Shown here one piece after another: positions 18,868 through 27,083 of a DNA stretch of 44,367 bases (positions are counted from its first letter, which is position 1; every line of letters starts with the position of its first letter). The position numbers and the translations under genes were made by a program. The notes under the pieces are model-generated. The model ran no database searches and was not told the DNA's origin. It worked only from the letters and a program-made list of their open reading frames with translations. This DNA is from Gemmatimonadota bacterium (GTDB lineage Bacteria > Gemmatimonadota > Gemmatimonadetes > Longimicrobiales > RSA9). The stretch covers positions 1 through 44,367 of the forward strand of contig JAHWKI010000001.1 of assembly GCA_019347975.1 (NCBI GenBank), in the 5' to 3' direction.

Positions 18868-19008
18868 CTGACGAATGCATGTGCAACGCGTATGCCACGT
18901 TATGGCCGCAGCCGCGGAGCCGGGCGACGTGGCAGACTCTTTGCTTCACAGCACCGCTCACGGCCGATCGGGGATCGGCGGAACCGTCATGAATGAAGGA
19001 AAACGGCG

Positions 19009-19722
19009 ATGAGAAGTGCGTATAGACTGAGTGGGCTGGGAGCGTTGGCTGTCGTGATGGGGCTCGGGGCGGCTCCCGATCGGCTGGAGGCGCAGCTCGA
19101 CTGGACCTCGGCGTCGACCGTGGAGACGGCCGGGGACGACGTGACGTTGATCTACACGCAGCTGAGCGTGAAGCCGGACCGCCGTGGCTTCGTGCCCGTG
19201 GCGTCGGTGAGCCTGTACCGGCTGGAGACCGCCTCCGGCGGCACCTGGTCGACGACGCCGGCGGTCGGAATGGAATACCGCGCGCGGACCGGCATGGTGA
19301 GCGGGAAGGTGGGCTACAGCTTCAAGAGCGACGACGTGGTGGTGCCCTTCTTCGGCGGGAGCGGATCGGGAGTGACGACGAGCCTGCACGGGGAGCACTG
19401 GGGCACGGGACAGTTCGGCCTTCAGGGGATCGGCTCGTACAACTGGGGCTCGGACTACCTGTGGAGCCGTGCGCGGGGAACGGCCCGGGTGAGCGACCTG
19501 CGGGAGGGGGCGCTGCACGTGGGCGCCGAGTACGTGTGGCAGGGGGAGCTGGACAGCCCCGCCGGAGCGACGGGGTACCGGGCCACGCAGTTCGGACCGG
19601 TCGTGCAGTACATCACCCGTGACGGGGGTCCGATCGTGGCCGTGGGCGGGGGCTGGAAGGACGACAACCTGGGAGAGGACGACACCTGGTACGCGAAGGC
19701 GGAGCTGGTCCTCTCCTTCTGA
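19009..19722 (+). CDS. Small outer-membrane beta-barrel-like protein (possibly BcsS-like)
   Basis: 237 aa. Signal peptide ...LGALAVVMGLGAAPDRLEAQ, alternating hydrophobic/aromatic beta-strand pattern, Gly/Tyr-rich, C-terminal ...AELVLSF (terminal Phe typical of OMPs). Confidence 0.55.
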   Translation: MRSAYRLSGLGALAVVMGLGAAPDRLEAQLDWTSASTVETAGDDVTLIYTQLSVKPDRRGFVPVASVSLYRLETASGGTWSTTPAVGMEYRARTGMVSGKVGYSFKSDDVVVPFFGGSGSGVTTSLHGEHWGTGQFGLQGIGSYNWGSDYLWSRARGTARVSDLREGALHVGAEYVWQGELDSPAGATGYRATQFGPVVQYITRDGGPIVAVGGGWKDDNLGEDDTWYAKAELVLSF

Positions 19723-19734
19723 CCCGGGTGGCGG

Positions 19735-20481
19735 TCAGCGCAGCAGGAGCCACGCGACGAAGGATGCGGCGACCTGGACGGTGAGGTTGTCGAGGCCGTG
19801 GCTGCTGAAGGCCTCGACCGCCGCGCCGGCCGCGCCGCAGGCGAGGCCGACGCCGAGGGCGAGGGGGAGGGCGAAGCCGAGGCCAAGGAGGACCGCAGCG
19901 GCGGCCGCGGTTCCGACGAACAGCACCGCGCCGCTCCCTTCGAGGCTGCGGGTCGCCCTGACGCCGGCGAGCGAGGGGACCTCGTAGCGGTGCTTTCCCC
20001 AGCGGGTCCCCACCGGCTCCCCGACCGCGTCGCCCCACCCCGTGACCATGTAGCCGACCGGGGCGAACGCGAAGAAGAGCAGGTTGCTGATCACCCCGCC
20101 GAGTGCGGTGGTGATGAGAGGGACCACGATGAAGAACGTTCGGTGCGGCGCATCGGTTGGACGCGCCATCGCCTCGTAGAACGGGAACCCCGAGCCCTTC
20201 AGGATGCCCACCACCACGACGGCGGCCGTGACGCTCCCGAAGACCACCACGCCGCTGAGCCCCCAGATCAGCTGGACGACGCCCGCAGCCGAGATGATGA
20301 TGAAGTGGAAGATCTTGCGGGTGTACGGCGCGCGCACGCCGCGCCGGATGCGAAGCCACCCCACGAGCGCCGCGGCCGCCGCCGCATAGAGGAGCGCGAG
20401 CGGGACGCCCGCGACCAGTTCTGTGGTCGAGGGTATGAAATCCCGTAGCCATGCGGGCAGCTGCGCGGCGAGCGCTTCCAT
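19735..20481 (-). CDS. Polytopic membrane protein of the CTP-dependent polyprenol/phytol/dolichol kinase - CDP-diglyceride synthase superfamily (COG0170-like)
   Basis: 248 aa, ~7 TM. The GWGDAVGEPVGTRWGKHRY...RSLEGSGAVLF motif pattern is typical of Sec59/VTE5-type kinases. Starts 25 nt after the bcsA-like stop. Confidence 0.6.
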   Translation of the reverse strand: MEALAAQLPAWLRDFIPSTTELVAGVPLALLYAAAAAALVGWLRIRRGVRAPYTRKIFHFIIISAAGVVQLIWGLSGVVVFGSVTAAVVVVGILKGSGFPFYEAMARPTDAPHRTFFIVVPLITTALGGVISNLLFFAFAPVGYMVTGWGDAVGEPVGTRWGKHRYEVPSLAGVRATRSLEGSGAVLFVGTAAAAAVLLGLGFALPLALGVGLACGAAGAAVEAFSSHGLDNLTVQVAASFVAWLLLR

Positions 20482-20506
20482 GAGGTACGTTCCGAGTGAG
20501 GCGGTC

Positions 20507-22849
20507 TCAGCCGACGGCGGGGATGGGGCCTGACCCGTTCAGGCGCCTGAGCCCCACCGAGAAGACGATACCCATGGGGGTGTCCATGGCATGCACGGCG
20601 ACGGCCTCGCCTTCGCCCTCCACCGTTCCGGCGGTGAACCGGACGAGCCCGCCGGGCGGCGGCGGCTGCGACAGGATGAGCCGCGCGCCATCCGAGCTCA
20701 TCTCCTCCAGGTAGCCGAGCTGCGCAGCGGTGCCCGTCTCGGCGCCATGCTCGTCCGGGAAGAAGACGTGTGCCGGGAGCCGAACGGTCTGGCGGGCGGC
20801 GCGCCGCGGGTCGGCGAGCAGCCTGCGAACCGGCTCCAGCGGGCGCTTGGTGTCGCGGAACTGGAGACGGTGCAGCGGCACGGCGTGGTGGGTGCAGTGC
20901 AGGTCGATGGCGTCCCGATCGTCGGGGGCCAGCGGATCCAGTCGCACCCCGTAGTCGTAGTACCGCTGGCTGCGCACGGTGATCTTCTCGCGGTGGACGA
21001 CCTCTCCTCTGACCTCGACGGGCCGGGTCTCGAGCGGGAGCACGAACCGGACACGTGAGCCGCGGTGGAATCGTTCGGCGGCCCGGAAACCCATCCCTTC
21101 CGGATTCAGATCCGTCGTGAGCACGACCACGCGGCGCGCGCGCTCGTCCTCGAGCCCTTTGTCGTCGAGGTCCTCCTCCGGGGCATCCTCGTCCTCCGCG
21201 TCACGAGACGGGATGATCTCCCCCTCGACGGCCATGAGGGCACGGAACCGCTCGTCCACGCGCTGCTGCCGGAACTCGAGGCTCAGCCGCACGACGTAGG
21301 CGGCGAAGTAGACGTTGTACGCGATCCAGAGGAAGTTGAACCAGAACGCGCCCGAGCCCCACCCCGGGGCGCTGTACTCGATCCATCCGCGCGCGTAGGC
21401 CACCGTCCCCCACACCACCGCGAGGATACTGACGACGAGGAGAACCAGCTGGGGAAGATAGCTCCGCAGGGGGACATCGCCGCTGGTCTTCGGCGTCACC
21501 TCGAATTTGAGCTTGCCGCGAGCGAAGAATCCCCTGATGGCCATGGTGTAGATCCAGAACTTGGCCATGTTGTAGCGCTCGGCGATCAGCATGAATCCCG
21601 TTCCGCGGAACAGGAGCTCGAACATGGCGAGGTTCAGGAGGAGGTACGGAATGAAGCGGATCAGGAAGTCCGCTTCATCCACCCAGATGGGTAGAACGCC
21701 GGTGAAGAAGAAGATGATCGGCGCGACATACAGGATCAGCTTGAGCGGCCCGTCGAGATAGGAGATCGTGGAGTCGAAATAGCAGATCCGCTGGGGCCAG
21801 GTGAGCCCCTTCCGGAAGAGCGGGTTGTACTTCCGGAGCACCTGCATGGACCCCTGCCCCCAGCGAAGGCGCTGGACCATGTACTGCCCGGCCGAGGCGG
21901 GAGCGAGCCCGTAGGCGAGGCTCTCCCCGTAGTAGATGGACTTCCAGCCGCGGGAGTGGAGGACGAGGGAGGTCTCCATGTCCTCCGTGATCGTCTCGGT
22001 GGAGAAGCCGCCGATCTCCTCGATGGCCGTGCGGCGGATCACCCCGCAGCTGCCGCAGAAGAACGCCGCGTTCCAGTGGTCCTTCCCCGGCTGGAGCAGC
22101 GAGAAGAAGATCCGCTGCTCTTCCCACAGCCGCCGCCCCTTCTCGTTCACGCTGTAGCTGAACGAGTTGGTGTTGTAGAAGTCCTGCGGCGACTGGACGA
22201 AGGCCACGTCGGGCTCTTCGAAGAAGCCCAGGAGGCTATCCAGCATGTGCGGGAGCGGGACGTGGTCGGCATCCAGCTGGAGGATGAACTCGCCGGACGT
22301 CTCCTTCAGCGCGTTGTTCAGGTTCCCGGCCTTGGCGTGCTCGTTCCCCTGCCGTCGGATGTAGCCGACACCCAGCTCCGAGGCGAGCTCACGCAGCGCG
22401 TCGCGCTTGCCATCGTCCAGGATGAACGTGCGGTGCGGGTACCGGATCGCACGGGCCCCGATCACCGTGCGCCTGATGATCTCCAGGGGCTCGTCGTACG
22501 TCGTGATGAAGACGTCGACATCGAGTCCCTCCGGGGCCGGTGGCGAAGTGCGCCGGTTCAGCGTCCAGACGGTGAACGTGGTCAGCAGGGCCGAGAACAG
22601 CACGTAGGTCTCGGCGGTGACCAGGGGGATCGAGAACCACCAGGCATCCCAGTTCAGCGTCCAGCCCCACCGCCAGATGATGTAATAGGCGCTGTAGAGG
22701 AGGGTCAGGACCGCGAAGAGCCGGACCAGCACCTCCGCCCAGGGCCGGAGGTGCGGCGTCGGGTCCCCCTTACTGCGGACCGGTACGTCGGAGGACTCGC
22801 GCGGCGACCCATCACCGGCACCGCGGAGGCCGCGGGGAGAGGCTTCCAT
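20507..22849 (-). CDS. bcsA: Cellulose-synthase-like processive GT2 (BcsA-type) with two C-terminal PilZ-like modules
   Basis: 780 aa. Motifs: FITTYDEP, ILDDG, HAKAGNLN, QLDADH, FFCGSCGVIRR, TEDMETS, QRLRWGQG. C-terminal RVDER...DLNPEG and RRAAR...EMSSDG (RxxxR / [DN]xSxxG-like). Confidence 0.88.
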   Translation of the reverse strand: MEASPRGLRGAGDGSPRESSDVPVRSKGDPTPHLRPWAEVLVRLFAVLTLLYSAYYIIWRWGWTLNWDAWWFSIPLVTAETYVLFSALLTTFTVWTLNRRTSPPAPEGLDVDVFITTYDEPLEIIRRTVIGARAIRYPHRTFILDDGKRDALRELASELGVGYIRRQGNEHAKAGNLNNALKETSGEFILQLDADHVPLPHMLDSLLGFFEEPDVAFVQSPQDFYNTNSFSYSVNEKGRRLWEEQRIFFSLLQPGKDHWNAAFFCGSCGVIRRTAIEEIGGFSTETITEDMETSLVLHSRGWKSIYYGESLAYGLAPASAGQYMVQRLRWGQGSMQVLRKYNPLFRKGLTWPQRICYFDSTISYLDGPLKLILYVAPIIFFFTGVLPIWVDEADFLIRFIPYLLLNLAMFELLFRGTGFMLIAERYNMAKFWIYTMAIRGFFARGKLKFEVTPKTSGDVPLRSYLPQLVLLVVSILAVVWGTVAYARGWIEYSAPGWGSGAFWFNFLWIAYNVYFAAYVVRLSLEFRQQRVDERFRALMAVEGEIIPSRDAEDEDAPEEDLDDKGLEDERARRVVVLTTDLNPEGMGFRAAERFHRGSRVRFVLPLETRPVEVRGEVVHREKITVRSQRYYDYGVRLDPLAPDDRDAIDLHCTHHAVPLHRLQFRDTKRPLEPVRRLLADPRRAARQTVRLPAHVFFPDEHGAETGTAAQLGYLEEMSSDGARLILSQPPPPGGLVRFTAGTVEGEGEAVAVHAMDTPMGIVFSVGLRRLNGSGPIPAVG

Positions 22850-22940
22850 GTATCGGTGGTAATGGCAAAACCCAAGCCATACGCTATACCCGAGCGCACA
22901 GCGTTCCCCGGAGCGCTGCCGGGTTGCGGATCGGAAGGGG

Positions 22941-24605
22941 CTATTCCCGGCGACGCTCCCGCTGCCCCAGTCCGCGGGCGTGCCGCATGGGGTTCTCCAG
23001 GAGGTGGGTGGGCAGGAGGAGGACGATCATGAAGAGAAGGAAGGCGGCGACGAGGCCTCCGGCGAGGACCCACCAGCTGGGGACCGCGATGAAGACGATG
23101 GCCGAGATGAGGGCCATGGTCGCCGCGAAGAGGGAGAGCTGAATGCGGCGGACCTGGAGGGAGAAGAAGCGCTCGATCTGCATGAGATCGCGGGAGTGGA
23201 TGCGAACGCGGAGCTCCTCGCGGTCGAGGCGCTGGACGATGTCGCGAACGCCGGTGATGACGGACCGGGCGTCGTCGAAGACGTTGCGCGCGATCTCCGA
23301 CGGCTGTCGCGCGGCGACCCGCAGCAGCTCACCTTTCATCCGGCGGACGACGGCGCGGGAGATATCGAGGCCGTTGAACGCGGGATCGTAGCGGAAGCCG
23401 ATCCCTTCCAGGAGGGCGGCGGCGCGGAAGAAGTAGACGAGCTCGCGGGGGAGCATGAGCGGCCAGGTGTAGAACGTGTCCATGATCTCGGCGACCAGCT
23501 CCTGGACGCGGTGCTGGCCGAGGTCGCGGGCGCGCTCGACGGTGGCGAGGATCTCGGCGGCGGCATCACGGATCTCCGCGCGGGAGATGTCGGGGTCGAT
23601 CATCCCGAGCTCGTACATGCCGTTGATGATGCCGTCGACGTCCTCCCGGGCGGCGGCGAGGGCGATGCGGATGATGGTGTCGCGGGTGGGGGGCCGGAGC
23701 TGGACGACCATCCCCCAGTCGAGGAAGACGATGCGTCCCCGGGCATCGACCAGGAGGTTCCCGGGATGGGGGTCTGCGTGCATGATGCCCTCGACGAGGA
23801 GCATGCGGAGGTAGACCTCGGTGAGGGTCTCCATGAGGCCGCGGAACCGCAGCTCGCCGGACGCGAAGCGGGGGGCGAGGCGATCGATCCGCTCCCCATC
23901 CACCCATTCCATGACCAGGACCCGGCGGCGTACGAGCCCCTCGAGGACGGCGGGGGCCATCACGCGGCCATCGTCGCCGAAGTGGGTGAGGAACAGCGCC
24001 ATGTGGCGGGCCTCCTCGCGGAAGTCCATCTCCACGCGCACCCGCACGCTGAACTCCCGGACCACGTTGGTGAGGGCCTTCACGTGGTGGTTCGGGAAGA
24101 GGATGTTGAGGGCGTAGAGGATGCGGAAGGAGATCTCGAGGTCGAGGGCGACCAGGGCCTCGACCCCGGGCCGGAGCACCTTCACCGCGACATGGCGGTC
24201 GCCGACCCGGGCCCGGTGGACCTGGCCGAGGGAGGCCGCGGCGACCGGCTCCCGGTCGAAAGAGGCGAACACCGCGTCGAGGGGCTGCCCCAGCTCGGCG
24301 ACGATCACCGCCTCGATCGCCCCCGGCTCGTCCGGCGGAACGCGGTCCTGCAGGCTCGCGATCGCGCTGAGATACGGCTCGGGGAGGATGTCCGCCCGGG
24401 CGCCGAAGACCTGAGCCAGCTTGATGAACGTGGGCCCCAGGGCCGCGATCGTCGCCGTCAGCCGCTGCGCGCGGCGGCGATGCCTCTCGAGCGGGAGACG
24501 GCGCGGACGGCCGAAGAGGAGCCAGCGGCGCCGGTCGCGAAGGAAGGCGACCAGGAACGGAAAAAGCCTCAGCGCGATGCTGACGCTCCGGCGCCAGCGC
24601 CTCAT
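22941..24605 (-). CDS. ubiB: ABC1/UbiB (AarF) atypical kinase family protein
   Basis: ...LGPTFIKLAQVFGARADILP..., ...AAASLGQVHRARV..DRHVAVKVLRPG.... C-terminal TM helices. The ATG at 24605 overlaps the mgtE stop (ATGA). The ORF's N-terminal extension to 25121 is rejected. Confidence 0.85.
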   Translation of the reverse strand: MRRWRRSVSIALRLFPFLVAFLRDRRRWLLFGRPRRLPLERHRRRAQRLTATIAALGPTFIKLAQVFGARADILPEPYLSAIASLQDRVPPDEPGAIEAVIVAELGQPLDAVFASFDREPVAAASLGQVHRARVGDRHVAVKVLRPGVEALVALDLEISFRILYALNILFPNHHVKALTNVVREFSVRVRVEMDFREEARHMALFLTHFGDDGRVMAPAVLEGLVRRRVLVMEWVDGERIDRLAPRFASGELRFRGLMETLTEVYLRMLLVEGIMHADPHPGNLLVDARGRIVFLDWGMVVQLRPPTRDTIIRIALAAAREDVDGIINGMYELGMIDPDISRAEIRDAAAEILATVERARDLGQHRVQELVAEIMDTFYTWPLMLPRELVYFFRAAALLEGIGFRYDPAFNGLDISRAVVRRMKGELLRVAARQPSEIARNVFDDARSVITGVRDIVQRLDREELRVRIHSRDLMQIERFFSLQVRRIQLSLFAATMALISAIVFIAVPSWWVLAGGLVAAFLLFMIVLLLPTHLLENPMRHARGLGQRERRRE

Positions 24606-25975
24606 ATGAGAAAGCGCGTGGCCAGGCCGAGCAGGAGGAAGAAGCCGGCCACGTCGGTGACGGCGGTGACGAACACGGAGGAGGCCACGGCCGGGTCCGC
24701 GCCGACCCGCTCGAGGAGAACGGGGACGAACGCGCCGGCGACCGAGGCCACGATGAGATTCCCCCACATGGCGAACAGAACCACCGCGCCGAGTGCCCAC
24801 GTCCCGAACATGAAGTAGCTCCCTCCGCCGACGATCAGGCCGAGAGCGAGGCCGTTGACCAGGCCGACGACGACCTCCTTGGCGGCGACGCTCCAGCGGC
24901 GGGCGGCGGTCTCGCGGGTGAGGGCGAGGCGGCGGACCGTCACCGCGAGAGCCTGGGTGCCCGCGTTCCCACCCAGCGCGGCGATCACCGGCAGCAGCGC
25001 GGCCAGGGCGAGCATCTGGTCGATGGTGTCGGTGAACTGATAGATGACGAAGGCGCCGAGAGCCGCGGTGAGGGTATTGAGGGTGAGCCAGGGCAGCCGG
25101 CTCCGCACCGCTTCGGTCCACCCGCCCCGGACCTCCTCCTCCGACCCGATCCCCGCGAGGCGCAGGAGATCCTCCGTCTGCTCCGCTTCGATGACGTCCA
25201 TGACATCGTCCCAGGTGATCCGGCCCAGGAGGATGTTGTTCGGCCCCAGGACCGCCACGGACGGCTCGTTGTAGCGCGCGATGAGCCGACCGACTTCCTC
25301 CTGGTCCATGTCCACCGGTACGGTGATTACCGGAGGCTCCACCAGGTCGGCGATGGGGGAGCTCGGCTCGGCGATCACCAGGTCCTGGAGCGTGACGAGC
25401 CCCTGGAGGCGCCGGATCAGGTCGACGACGAAGATGTTGTAGAACTCCGTGTCCAGCTCCCGCGCCTGCCGCCGCACCTCCTGGATCGCTTCGCCCGCCG
25501 TCAGGTGGACGGAGATGGCGACCAGCTCGGTCGTCATGATCCCACCCGCCGAGTCCTCGGGGTAGGCGATCAGCTCCCGGAGCTCGCCCGCCTCGGTGGG
25601 GGCGAGGGTGGCGAGGACGCGCGCCTGGTCTTCGGGCTCGAGCTCTCCGATGAGGTCGGCCGCGTCGTCGCTGCTGAGCTCCCCGATCAGCTCCCCGATG
25701 CGCTCGGGATGGAAGCCGGCGAGGATGTCCTCGGGGTGCTCGTGCGCCTCCATCTCCGCCAGCGTGTCGGAGGCGACCTCGGCCGGGAGCAGGTCGAAGA
25801 CGCGGACGCGCTCCTCGTCGTCGTCCAGGTGCTCGATGAGGTCGGCGATGTCCGACGGGTGGAGGTCGTCCAGGAACGCGGTGAGCGCGATGTCATCACC
25901 GGCCTCGAGGAGCTTTTCCAGCCGGGCGAGGCGCTGCTGGGACTCCTCCACGTGCTGGAGGTCCGGAGTGCTCAA
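24602..25975 (-). CDS. mgtE: Magnesium transporter MgtE
   Basis: N-domain (acidic helices), CBS pair, and C-terminal 5-TM domain ...LLPVIAALGGNAGTQALAV.... A TTG start at 25975 overlaps the DUF502 stop. The in-frame upstream extension to 26764 is Arg/Pro-rich junk. Confidence 0.85.
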   Translation of the reverse strand: MSTPDLQHVEESQQRLARLEKLLEAGDDIALTAFLDDLHPSDIADLIEHLDDDEERVRVFDLLPAEVASDTLAEMEAHEHPEDILAGFHPERIGELIGELSSDDAADLIGELEPEDQARVLATLAPTEAGELRELIAYPEDSAGGIMTTELVAISVHLTAGEAIQEVRRQARELDTEFYNIFVVDLIRRLQGLVTLQDLVIAEPSSPIADLVEPPVITVPVDMDQEEVGRLIARYNEPSVAVLGPNNILLGRITWDDVMDVIEAEQTEDLLRLAGIGSEEEVRGGWTEAVRSRLPWLTLNTLTAALGAFVIYQFTDTIDQMLALAALLPVIAALGGNAGTQALAVTVRRLALTRETAARRWSVAAKEVVVGLVNGLALGLIVGGGSYFMFGTWALGAVVLFAMWGNLIVASVAGAFVPVLLERVGADPAVASSVFVTAVTDVAGFFLLLGLATRFLI

Positions 25976-26637
25976 AGGACGTCGCGCTCCGGGGTGGAGG
26001 CCGGTCGCGCGGCAGCGGCGAAATCGGAGCGGGCCAGAGAGACCCCGCCGGGGGGGACGGCGCCTGCCGACAGGATGTAGGTGAAGCCCTCCTCGACGGT
26101 GACGGGGAGGGGTATCACGCTGTGGCGCGGGACAATGATCAGGAACCCGGTGACCGGGTTGGGCGCAGTGGGGAGGAAGATGGTGACGCCATCCTTCATC
26201 CGGCCGTCGAGGGCCTTCGGCGCGCCGCCGGTGACGAAGCCGAGGGTCCACTGCCCCGGGGAGGGGTACTCGAACAGCACCACCTCCCGGAAGAACTTCT
26301 TCTCGTCTCCACCGAACACGCTGCCGACGATGCGGCGCGTCGCGCCGTAGAGGCGGCTGACGATGGGGACCCGCTCGAGCACGCCGTTCCACCAGCTGAA
26401 GATCTGCGCCCCGATCGTCCGCTCGGCGAGCCATCCGACGCCGAGGAGGAGGAGGACGAGCATGATCAGGCCGAGGCCGGGGATGGTGATGCCGATGGCG
26501 CCGTAGACATGGCGGCCGAGCACCCCGTCGACGGTGCGGAAGAGCCACCACAGGATGTAGAGGGTGACGCCCAGCGGAGCGATGACGATCAGCCCCGCGA
26601 TCAGCCGGCGTCGGAATGCCTTGCCCAGCGTGTTCAT
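25972..26637 (-). CDS. DUF502 family membrane protein
   Basis: MNTLGKAFRRRLIAGLIVIAPLGVTLYILWWLF..., ...IFLPTAPNPVTGFLIIVP.... The ATG at 26637 overlaps the ybeY stop (ATGA). Confidence 0.75.
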   Translation of the reverse strand: MNTLGKAFRRRLIAGLIVIAPLGVTLYILWWLFRTVDGVLGRHVYGAIGITIPGLGLIMLVLLLLGVGWLAERTIGAQIFSWWNGVLERVPIVSRLYGATRRIVGSVFGGDEKKFFREVVLFEYPSPGQWTLGFVTGGAPKALDGRMKDGVTIFLPTAPNPVTGFLIIVPRHSVIPLPVTVEEGFTYILSAGAVPPGGVSLARSDFAAAARPASTPERDVL

Positions 26638-27083
26638 GCGATGCCCAGCTCCTCGAGAATGCGTTCCTGGAGCTTCCACATCGGGCTTTCCTCGCGGCCC
26701 TGCTCCGGGTGGTCGAAGCCGAGGACGTGAAGGGTGCCGTGGATGGCGAGGCGGGCCAGCTCACGTGCGGGCGGCTCGTCCATCTCCGCGGCCTGCCGGA
26801 GCGCCTGCTCCCATCCGATGTAGACGTCGCCGAGGGGCGGATCCCCCTCGTCGTGCAGAGAGAACGCCAGCACGTCGGTGGTGGCGTCGCGGCCCTTCCA
26901 CTGCCGGTTCATCGCGGCCATGGCCGGGTCGTCCATGAGGGCGACCGAGATCTCGCCGTCGTGGACGCCGCGCTCCGCCAGGACCGCCCGAGCCGCGCGC
27001 TCCACGAGGGTCGAGGCGTCGAGGGGACCGAAGGCGGGCGCCGCCGCCGGCGCCCCCTCTACAGTGACGTCGACGGCCGGCAT
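26634..27083 (-). CDS. ybeY: rRNA maturation endoribonuclease YbeY
   Basis: 149 aa; HGTLHVLGFDH zinc-binding motif and TDVLAFS. It is the C-terminal in-frame part of the 514-aa track ORF. Its ATG shares 1 nt with the upstream stop (TGATG). Confidence 0.9.
   Translation of the reverse strand: MPAVDVTVEGAPAAAPAFGPLDASTLVERAARAVLAERGVHDGEISVALMDDPAMAAMNRQWKGRDATTDVLAFSLHDEGDPPLGDVYIGWEQALRQAAEMDEPPARELARLAIHGTLHVLGFDHPEQGREESPMWKLQERILEELGIA

Noticed and set aside
22850-22940. GGCAAAACC... stretch between ubiB and the bcsA-like gene, reminiscent of part of the c-di-GMP-I (GEMM-I) riboswitch
   Set aside because: The resemblance is on the plus strand, which is antisense to the synthase. Only one short conserved-looking segment is present. 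I could not find the second conserved GGGACGCAAAGCC-like element or the two-hairpin architecture. An Infernal scan would settle it.
24606-25121. N-terminal 172-codon extension of the UbiB ORF (track 22941..25121)
   Set aside because: The extension overlaps the mgtE C-terminal TM domain in another frame and is Arg/Pro/Gly-rich. The UbiB family N-terminus begins at MRRWRRSVSIALRLFPF (ATG at 24605), which overlaps the mgtE stop.
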